This document shows positions 1 to 10,890 of a DNA stretch of 64,000 bases, piece after piece. The stretch comes from Eledone cirrhosa (lineage: Eukaryota), in the NCBI GenBank assembly GCA_964016885.1, contig OZ024744.1, positions 9,362,001 to 9,426,000 of the forward strand. The letters are read 5' to 3'. How positions within the stretch are numbered: the stretch's first letter is position 1; each line of letters starts with the position of its first letter. Below the pieces are notes generated by a model, which was not told the origin of the DNA, searched no databases, and saw only the letters and a list, made by a program, of their open reading frames with translations. The position numbers and the translations under genes were made by a program.

Positions 1-3000
1 TGTGGTCCTAGATGTATGTATTACCTGCTTGTGTGTTGTATGTGGTCCTAGATGTATATGCTACCTGGTTATGTGTTGTATGTGGTCCTAGATGTATGTA
101 TTACCTGCTCGTATGTTGTATGTGGTCCTGGATGTATGTATTACCTGGTTATGTGTTGTATGTGGTCCTAGATGTGTGTATTACCTGCCTATGTGTTGTA
201 TGTGGTCCTAGATGTATGTATTACCTGCTTGTGTGTTGTATGTGGTCCTAGATGTATGTATTAACTGCTTGTGTGTTGTATGTAGTCCTAGATGTATGTA
301 TTACCTGGTTATGTGTTGTATGTGGTCCTAGATGTATGTATTACCTGCTTGTGTGTTGTATGTGGTCCTAGATGTATGTATTACCTGGTTATGTGTTGTA
401 TGTGGTCCTAGATGTATGTATTACGTGGTTATGTGTTGTATGAGGTCCTAGATGTGTGTATTACCTGGTTATGTATTGTATGTGTTCCTAGATGTATATA
501 TTACCTGCTTGTGTGTTGTATGTGGTCCTAGATGTGTGTATTACCTGGTTATGTATTGTATGTGGTCCTAGATGTATGTATTACCTGCTTGTGTGTTGCA
601 TGTAGTCCTAGATGTGTGTATTACCTGGTTATGTGTTGTATGTGGTCCTAGATGTATGTATTACCTGCTTGTGTGTTGTATGTGGTCCTAGATGTATGTA
701 TTACCTGGTTATGTGTTGTATGTGGTCCTAGATGTATGTATTACCTGCTTGTGTGTTGTATGTGGTCCTAGATGTATGTATTACCTGCCTGTGTGTTGTA
801 TGTGGTCCTAGATGAATGTATTACCTGGTTAAGTTTTGTATGTGGTCCTAGGTGTATGTATTACCTGCCTGTGTGTTGTATGTGGTCCTAGATGTATGTA
901 TTACCTGGTTATGTGTTGTATGTAGTCCTAGATGTGTGTATTACCTGGTTTTGTGTTGTATGTGGTCCTAGATGTATGTATTACCTGCTTGTGTGTTGTA
1001 TGTGGTCCAGGATGTATGTATTACCTGGTTATGTGTTTATGTAGTCCTAGATGTATGTATTACCTGCCTGTGTGTTGTATGTAGTCCTAGATGTATGTAT
1101 TACCTGCCTGTGTGTTGTATGTGGTCCTAGATGTATGTATTACCTGCTTGTGTGTTGTATGTGGTCCTGAATGTATGTATTACCTGGTTATGTGTTGTAT
1201 GTGGTCCTAGATGTGTGTATTACCTGCCTGTGTGTTGTATGTGGTCCTAGATGTATGTATTACCTGGTTGTGTGTTCTATGTGGTCCTAGATGTATGTAT
1301 TACCTGCTTGTGTGTTTTATGTAGTCCTAGATGTATGTATTACCTGGTTATGTGTTGTATGTGGTCCTAGATGTATGTATTACCTGCTTGTGTGTTGTAT
1401 GTGGTCCTAGATGTATGTATTACCTGGTTATGTGTTATATGTGGTCCTAGATGTATGTATTACCTGGTTATGTGTTGTATCTGGTCCTAGATGTATGTAT
1501 TACCTGTTTCTGTGTTGTATGTGGTCCTAGATGTATGTGCTACCTGCCTGTGTGTTGTATGTGGTCCTAGATGTATGTATTACCTGGTAATGTGTTGTAT
1601 GTAGTCCTAGATGTATGTATTACCTGGTTATGTGTTGTATGTGGTCCTAGATGTGTGTATTACCTGGTTGTGTGTTGTATGTGGTCCTAGATGTATGTAT
1701 TACCTGCCTGTGTGTTGTATGTGGTCCTAGATGTGTGTATTACCTGCTTGTGTGTTGTATATGGTCCTGGATGTGTGTATTAAGTGCTTGTGTGATGTAT
1801 GTGGTCCTAGATGTGTGTATTACCTGGTTATGTGTTGTATGTGGTGCTAGATGTATGTATTACCTGCTTGTGTGTTGTATGTGGCCCTATATGTGTGTAT
1901 TACCTGCTTGTATGTTGTATGTGGTCCTAGATGTATGTATTACCTGGTTATGTGTTGTATGTAATCCTAGATGTATGTACTACCTGGTTATGTGTTGTAT
2001 GTGGTCCTAGATGTATGTATTACCTGCTTGTGTGTTGTATGTGCTCCTAGATGTATGTATTACCTGGTTGTGTGTTCTATGTAGTCCTAGATGTGTGTAT
2101 TACCTGGTTATGTGGTGTATGTAGTCCTAGATGTATGTATTACCTGCTTGTGTGTTGTATGTGGTCCTAGATGTATGTATTACCTGGTTATGTGTTGTAT
2201 GTGGTCCTAGATGTATGTATTACCTGCTTGTGTGTTGTATGTGGTCCTAGATGTATGTATTACCTGCCTGTGTGTTGTATGTGGTCCTAGATGTATGTAT
2301 TACTTGGTTATGTGTTGTATGTGGTCCTAGATGTTGTTATAACCTGCCTGTTGTTGTATGTGGTCCTAGATGTGTGTATTACCTGCCTGTGTGTTGTATG
2401 TAGTCCTAGATGTATGTATTTCCTGGTTATGTGTTGTATGTGGTCCTAGATGTATGTATTACCAGCCTGTGTGTTGTATGTGGTCCTAGATGTATGTATT
2501 ACCTGGTTATGTGTTGTATGTGGTCCTAGATGTGTTATTACCTGCTTGTATGTTATATGTGGTCCTAGATGTGTGTATTACTTGCTTGTGTGTTCTATGT
2601 AGTCCTAGATGTATGTATTACCTGCTGGTGTGTTGTATGTGGTCCTGGATGTATGTATTACCTGCTTGTGTGTTGTATGTGGTCCTAGATGTGTGTATTA
2701 CCTGCCTGTGTGTTGAATGTGGTCCTAGATGTATGTATTATCTGGTTGTGTGTTCTATGTGGTCCTAGATGTATGTATTAACTGCTTGTGTGTTGTATGT
2801 AGTCCTAGATGTATGTATTACCTGGCTATGTGTTGTATGTGGTCCTAGATGTATGTATTACCTGCTTGTGTGTTGTATGTGGTCCTAGATGTATGTATTA
2901 CCTGGTTATGTGTTGTATGTGGTCCTAGATGTATGTATTACCTGGTTATGTGTTGTATCTGGTCCTAGATGTATGTATTACCTGTTTCTGTGTTGTATGT

Positions 3001-6000
3001 GGTCCTAGATGTATGTGCTACCTGGTTATGTGTTGTATGTGGTCCTAGATGTATGTATTACCTGCTTGTGTGTTGTATGTAGTCCTAGATGTATGTATTC
3101 CCTGCTTGTGTGTTGTATGTAGTCCTAGATGTATGTATTCCCTGCTTGTGTGTTGTATGTAGTCCTAGATGTATGTATTACCTGCTTGCCTTGTGTGTTG
3201 TATGTAGTCCTAGATGTATGTATTACCTGCTTGTGTGTTGTATGTAGTCCTAGATGTATGTATTACCTGCTTGTGTGTTGTATGTAGTCCTAGATGTATG
3301 TATTACCTGCTTGTGTGTTGTATGTAGTCCTAGATGTATGTATTACCTGCTTGCCTTGTGTGTTGTATGTAGTCCTAGATGTATGTATTACCTGCTTGCC
3401 TTGTGTGTTGTATGTAGTCCTAGATCTATGTATTACCTGCCTGTGTGTTGTATGTGGTCCTAGATGTATGTATTACCTGCTTGTGTGTTGTATGTAGTCC
3501 TAGATGTATGTATTCCCTGCTTGTATGTTGTATGTCGTCCTAGATGTATGTATTACCTGCTTGTGTGTTGTATGTGGTCCTAGATGTGTGTATTACCTGC
3601 CTGTGTGTTGTATGTGGTCCTAGATGTATGTATTACCTGCTTGTGTGTTGTATGTAGTCCTAGATGTATGTATTACCTGCTTGCCTTGTGTGTTGTATGT
3701 AGTCAAAGATGTATGTATTACCTGCTTGTGTGTTGTATGTAGTCTTAGGTGTATTTATTACGTGCTTGTGTGTTGTATGTGGTCCTAGATGTGTGTATTA
3801 CCTGCTTGTGTGTTGTATGTAGTCCTAGATGTGTGTATTACCTGGTTATGTGTTGTATATTGTCATAGATGTGTGTATTACCTGCTTGTGTGTTGTATGT
3901 GGTCCTAGATGTGTGTATTACTTGCTTGTGTGTTGTATGTAGTCCTAGATGTATATACTACCTGGTTATGTGTTGTATGTAGTCCTAGATGTGTGTATTA
4001 CCTGCTTCTTTGTTGTATGTGGTCCTAGATGTATGTATTACCTACTGCTGTGTTGTATATGGTCCTAGATGTGTGTATTACCTGCTTGTGTGTTGTATGT
4101 GGTCCTAAATGTATGTATTACCTGGTTGTGTGTTCTATGTAGTCCTAGATGTATGTATTACCTGGTTATGTGTTGTATGTGGTCCTAGATGTATGTATTA
4201 CCTGTTTCTGTGTTGTACGTGGTCCTAGATGCATGTATTACCTGGTTATGTGTTGTATGTGGTGGTAGATGTATGTATTACCTGCTTGTGTGTTGTATGT
4301 GGCCCTATATGTGTGTATTACCTGCTTGTGTGTTGTATGTGGTCCTAGATGTATGTATTACCTGGTTATGTGTTGTATGTAATCCTAGATGTATGTACTA
4401 CCTGGTTATGTGTTGTATGTGGTCCTAGATGTATGTATTACCTGCTTGTGTGTTGTATGTGGTCCTAGATGTATGTATTACCTGGTTGTGTGTTGTATGT
4501 GGTCCTGGATGTATGTATTACCTGCCTCTTTGTTGTATGTAGTCCTGGATGTATGCATTACCTGCCTGTGTGTTGTATGTGGTCCTACATGTATGTATTA
4601 CCTGCCTGTGTGCTGTATGTAGTCCTAGATGTATGTATTACCTGCTTGTGTGTTGTATGTGGTCCTAGATGTATGTATTACCTGCCTGTGTGTTGTATGT
4701 AGTCCTAGATCCATGTATTACCTGCCTGTGTGTTGTATGTAGTCCTAGATGTATGTATTACCTGCCTGTGTGTTGTATGTAGTCCTAGATGTGTGTATTA
4801 CCTGCTTGTATGTTATATGTGGCCCTATATGTGTGTATTACCTGCTTGTGTGTTGTATTACCTGCTTGTGTGTTGTATGTGGTCCTAGATGTATGTATTA
4901 CCTGCCTGTGTGTTGTATGTGGTCCTAGATGTATGTATTACCTGGTTATGTGTTGTATGTGGTCCTAGATGTATCTATTACCTGGTTATGTGTCGTATGT
5001 AGTCCTAGATGTATGTATTAACTGCTTATGTGGTGTATGTAGTCCTAGATCTATGTATTACCTGCCTGTGTGTTGTATGTAGTCCTGGATGTATGTATTA
5101 CCTGGTTATGTGTTGTATGTGGTCCTAGATGTGTGTATTACCTGCCTGTGTGTTGTATGTAGTCCTAGATGTGAGTATTACCTGCTTGTGTGTTGTATGA
5201 GGTCTTAGATGTATGTATTACCTGCTTGTGTATTGTATGTGGTCCTAGATGTGTGTATTACCTGCCTGTGTATTGTATGTAGTCCTAGATGTATGTATTA
5301 CCTGGTTATGTGTTGTATGTGGTCCTGGATGTATGTATTACCTGCCTGTGTGTTGTATGTGGTCCTAGATGTATGTATTACCTGCCTGTGTGTTGTATGT
5401 GGTCCTAGATGTATGTATTACCTGGTTATGTGTTGTATGTGGTCCTAGATGTATGTATTACCTGCCTGTGTGTTGTATGTGGTCCTAGATGTATGTATTA
5501 CCTGGTTATGTGTTGTATGTAGTCCTAGATGTATGTATTACCTGGTTATGTGTTGTATGTGGCCCTATATGTGTGTATTACCTGCTTGTGTATTGTATGT
5601 AGTCCTAGATGTATGTATTACCTGGTTATGTGTTTTATGTAGTCCTAGATGTATGTATTACCTGCTTGTGTGTTGTATGTGGTCCTAGATGTATGTATTA
5701 CCTGCCTGTGAGTTGTATGTGGTCCTAGATGTATGTATTACCTGGTTATGTGTTGTATGTAGTCCTAGATGTATGTATTACCTGCCTGTGTGTTGTATGT
5801 AGTCCTGGATGTATGTATTACCTGCCTGTGTGTTGTATGTGGTCCTAGATGTATGTATTACCTGGTTATGTGTTGTATGTAGTCCTAGATGTCTGTATTA
5901 CCTGGTTATGTGTTGTATGTAGTCCTAGATGTATGTATTACCTGCTTGTGTGTTGTATGTAGTCCTAGATGTATGTATTACCTGCTTGTATGTTATATGT

Positions 6001-9000
6001 GGCCCTAGATGTATGTATTACCTGGTTATGTGTTGTATGTGGTCCTAGATGTATGTATTACCTCCCTGTGTGTTGTATGTGGTCCTAGATGTATGTATTA
6101 CCTGCTTGTGTGTTGTATGTGGTCCTAGATATATGTATTACCTGGTTATGTGTTGTATGTGGTCCTAGATATGTGTATTACCTGGTTGTGTGTTGTATGT
6201 GGTCCTAGATGTATGTATTACCTGGTTATGTGTTGTATGTGGTCCTAGATGTATGTATTACCTGCTTGTGTGTTGTATGTGGTCCTGGATGTATGTATTA
6301 CCTGGTTATGTGTTTTATGTGGTCCTAGATGTATGTATTACCTGCTTGTGTGTTGTATGTGGTCCTGGATGTATGAATTACCTGCCTGTGTGTTGTATGT
6401 GGTCCTAGATGTGTGTATTACCTGCCTGTGTGTTGTATGTGGTCCTAGATGAATGTATTACCTGCTTGTGTGTTGTATGTGGTCCTAGATGTATATGCTA
6501 CCTGGTTATGTGTTGTATGTGGTCCTAGATGTATGTATTACCTGCTCGTGTGTTGTATGTGGTCCTGGATGTATGTATTACCTGGTTATGTGTTGTATGT
6601 GGTCCTAGATGTGTGTATTACCTGCCTATGTGTTGTATGTGGTCCTAGATGTATGTATTACCTGCTTGTGTGTTGTATGTGGTCCTAGATGTATGTATTA
6701 CCTGCTTGTGTGTTGTATGTAGTCCTAGATGTATGTATTACCTGGTTATGTGTTGTATGTGGTCCTAGATGTATGTATTACCTGCTTGTGTGTTGTATGT
6801 GGTCCTAGATGTATGTATTACCTGGTTATGTGTTGTATGTGGTCCTAGATGTATGTATTACGTGGTTATGTGTTGTATGAGGTCCTAGATGTGTGTATTA
6901 CCTGGTTATGTATTGTATGTGTTCCTAGATGTATATATTACCTGCTTGTGCGTTGTATGTGGTCCTAGATGTGTGTATTACCTGGTTATGTATTGTATGT
7001 GGTCCTAGATGTATGTATTACCTGCTTGTGTGTTGCATGTGGTCCTAGATGTGTGTATTACCTGGTTATGTGTTGTATGTGGTCCTAGATGTATGTATTA
7101 CCTGCTTGTGTGTTGTATGTGGTCCTAGATGTATGTATTACCTGGTTATGTGTTGTATGTGGTCCTAGATGTATGTATTACCTGCTTGTGTGTTGTATGT
7201 GGTCCTAGATGTATGTATTACCTGCCTGTGTGTTGTATGTGGTCCTAGATGAATGTATTACCTGGTTAAGTTTTGTATGTGGTCCTAGATGTATGTATTA
7301 CCTGCCTGTGTGTTGTATGTGGTCCTAGATGTATGTATTACCTGGTTATGTGTTGTATGTAGTCCTAGATGTGTGTATTACCTGGTTTTGTGTTGTATGT
7401 GGTCCTAGATGTATGTATTACCTGCTTGTGTGTTGTATGTGGTCCAGGATGTATATATTACCTGGTTATGTGTTTATGTAGTCCTAGATGTATGTATTAC
7501 CTGCCTGTGTGTTGTATGTAGTCCTAGATGTATGTATTACCTGCCTGTGTGTTGTATGTGGTCCTAGATGTATGTATTACCTGCCTGTGAGTTGTATGTG
7601 GTCCTGGATGTATGTATTACCTGGTTATGTGTTGTATGTGGTCCTAGATGTGTGTATTACCTGCCTGTATGTTGTATGTGGTCCTAGATGTATGTATTAC
7701 CTGGTTGTGTGTTCTATGTGGTCCTAGATGTATGTATTACCTGCTTGTGTGTTGTATGTAGTCCTAGATGTATGTATTACCTGGTTATGTGTTGTATGTG
7801 GTCCTAGATGTATGTATTACCTGCTTGTGTGTTGTATGTGGTCCTAGATGTATGTATTACCTGGTTATGTGTTGTATGTGGTCCTAGATGTATGTATTAC
7901 CTGGTTATGTGTTGTATCTGGTCCTAGATGTATGTATTACCTGTTTCTGTGTTGTATGTGGTCCTAGATGTACCTGCTACCTGCCTGTGTGTTGTATGTG
8001 GTCCTAGATGTATGTATTACCTGGTAATGTGTTGTATGTAGTCCTAGATGTATGTATTACCTGGTTATGTGTTGTATGTGGTCCTAGATGTGTGTATTAC
8101 CTGGTTGTGTGTTGTATGTGGTCCTAGATGTATGTATTACCTGCCTGTGTGTTGTATGTGGTCCTAGATGTGTGTATTACCTGCTTGTGTGTTGTATATG
8201 GTCCTGGATGTGTGTATTAACTGCTTGTGTGATGTATGTGGTCCTAGATGTGTGTATTACCTGGTTATGTGTTGTATGTGGTGCTAGATGTATGTATTAC
8301 CTGCTTGTGTGTTGTATGTGGCCCTATATGTGTGTATTACCTGCTTGTATGTTGTATGTGGTCCTAGATGTATGTATTACCTGGTTATGTGTTGTATGTA
8401 ATCCTAGATGTACGTACTACCTGGTTATGTGTTGTATGTGGTCCTAGATGTATGTATTACCTGCTTGTGTGTTGTATGTGCTCCTAGATGTATGTATTAC
8501 CTGGTTGTGTGTTCTATGTAGTCCTAGATGTGTGTATTACCTGGTTATGTGTTGTATGTAGTCCTAGATGTATGTATTACCTGGTTATGTGTTGTATGTG
8601 GTCCTAGATGTATGTATTACCAGCCTGTGTGTTGTATGTGGTCCTAGATGTATGTATTACCTGGTTATGTGTTGTATGTGGTCCTAGATGTGTTATTACC
8701 TGCTTGTATGTTATATGTGGTCCTAGATGTGTGTATTACTTGCTTGTGTGTTCTATGTAGTCCTAGATGTATGTATTACCTGCTGGTGTGTTGTATGTGG
8801 TCCTGGATGTATGTATTACCTGCTTGTGTGTTGTATGTGGTCCTAGATGTGTGTATTACCTGCCTGTGTGTTGTATGTGGTCCTAGATGTATGTATTAAC
8901 TGCTTGTGTGTTGTATGTAGTCCTAGATGTATGTATTACCTGGCTATGTGTTGTATGTGGTCTTAGATGTATGTATTACCTGCTTGTGTGTTGTATGTGG

Positions 9001-9180
9001 TCCTAGATGTATGTATTACCTGGTTATGTGTTGTATGTGGTCCTAGATGTATGTATTACCTGGTTATGTGTTGTATCTGGTCCTAGATGTATGTATTACC
9101 TGTTTCTGTGTTGTATGTGGTCCTAGATGTATGTGCTACCTGGTTATGTGTTGTATGTGGTCCTAGATGTATGTATTACC
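1..9180 (+). repeat. Higher-order duplication: ~1-3060 copied at ~6438-9180 (offset 6437, later smaller)
   Basis: Rare markers are shared at a 6437 offset: GATGTATATGCTACC (51/6488), TTACGTGG..TGAGGTCC (421/6858), AAGTTTTGTA (831/7268) and GGTCCAGGATG (1004/7441). ORF pairs are 12/6449 and 1651/8088. The offset drops to 6158 (2490/8648) after a 279-bp, 7-monomer difference. Confidence 0.9.
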
Positions 9181-9239
9181 TGCTTGTGTGTTGTATGTGG
9201 TCTTAGATGTGTGTATTACCTGGTTATGTGTTGTATGTA

Positions 9240-10890
9240 GTCTTATGTGTATTTATTACGTGCTTGTGTGTTGTGTGTGGTCCTAGATGTGTGTATTACC
9301 TGCTTGTGTGTTGTATGTAGTCCTAGATGTGTGTATTACCTGGTTATGTGTTATATATTGTCATAGATGTGTGTATTACCTGCTTGTGTGTTGTATGTGG
9401 TCCTAGATGTGTGTATTACTTGCTTGTGTGTTGTATGTAGTCCTAGATGTATATACTACCTGGTTATGTGTTGTATGTAGTCCTAGATGTGTGTATTACC
9501 TGCTTCTTTGTTGTATGTGGTCCTAGATGTATGTATTACCTACTGCTGTGTTGTATATGGTCCTAGATGTGTGTATTACCTGCTTGTGTGTTGTATGTGG
9601 TCCTAGATGTATGTATTACCTGGTTGTGTGTTCTATGTAGTCCTAGATGTATGTATTACCTGGTAATGTGTTGTATGTCGTCCTAGATGTATGTATTACC
9701 TGTTTCTGTGTTGTACGTGGTCCTAGATGCATGTATTACCTGGTTATGTGTTGTATGTGGTGCTAGATGTATGTATTACCTGCTTGTGTGTTGTATGTGG
9801 CCCTATATGTGTGTATTACCTGCTTGTGTGTTGTATGTGGTCCTAGATGTATGTATTACCTGTTTGTGTGTTGTATGTGGTCCTAGATGTATGTATTACC
9901 TGCTTGTGTGTTGTATGTGGCCCTATATGTGTGTATTACCTGCTTGTGTGTTGTATGTTGTCCTAGATGTATGTATTACCTGTTTGTGTGTTGTATGTGG
10001 TCCTAGATGTATGTATTACCTGCTTGTGTGTTGTATGTAGTCCTAGATGTATGTATTCCCTGCTTGTGTGTTGTATGTAGTCCTAGATGTATGTATTACC
10101 TGCTTGTGTGTTGTATGTGGTCCTAGATGTGTGTATTACCTGCCTGTGTGTTGTATGTGGTCCTAGATGTATGTATTACCTGCTTGTGTGTTGTATGTAG
10201 TCCTAGATGTATGTATTACCTGCTTGCCTTGTGTGTTGTATGTAGTCCTAGATGTATGTATTACCTGCTTGTGTGTTGTATGTAGTCTTATGTGTATTTA
10301 TTACGTGCTTGTGTGTTGTATGTGGTCCTAGATATGTGTATTACCTACTTGTGTGTTGTATGTAGTCCTAGATGTGTGTATTACCTGGTTATGTGTTGTA
10401 TATTGTGATAGATGTATGTATTACCTGCTTGTGTGTTGTATGTGGTCCTAGATGTGTGTATTACTTGCTTGTGTGTTGTATGTAGTCCTAGATGTATATA
10501 CTACCTGGTTATGTGTTGTATGTTGTCCTAGATGTGTGTATTACCTGCTTCTTTGTTGTATGTGGTCCTAGATGTATGTATTACCTACTGCTGTGTTGTA
10601 TATGGTCCTAGATGTGTGTATTACCTGCTTGTGTGTTGTATGTGGTCCTAGATGTATGTATTACCTGGTTGTGTGTTCTATGTAGTCCTAGATGTATGTA
10701 TTACCTGGTTATGTGTTGTATGTGGTCCTAGATGTATGTATTACCTGTTTCTGTGTTGTACGTGGTCCTAGATGCATGTATTATCTGGTTATGTGTTGTA
10801 TGTGGTGCTAGATGTATGTATTACCTGCTTGTGTGTTGTATGTGGCCCTATATGTGTGTATTACCTGCTTGTGTGTTGTATGTGGTCCTA
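9240..10890 (+). repeat. Local repeat of a marker module at a 1045-bp offset (26 monomers)
   Basis: The series TCTTATGTGTATTTATTACGTG...CTTCTTTG...CTACTGCTG...GTTTCTG/GATGCATG occurs twice, giving ORF pair 9687/10732. Confidence 0.8.

Noticed and set aside
1579-1591. Palindrome ATTACCTGGTAAT (also ~8016 and ~9655) as an operator or terminator
   Set aside because: It results from one substitution in the GGTTA monomer type. The arms are 6 bp around a single base, with no supporting context.
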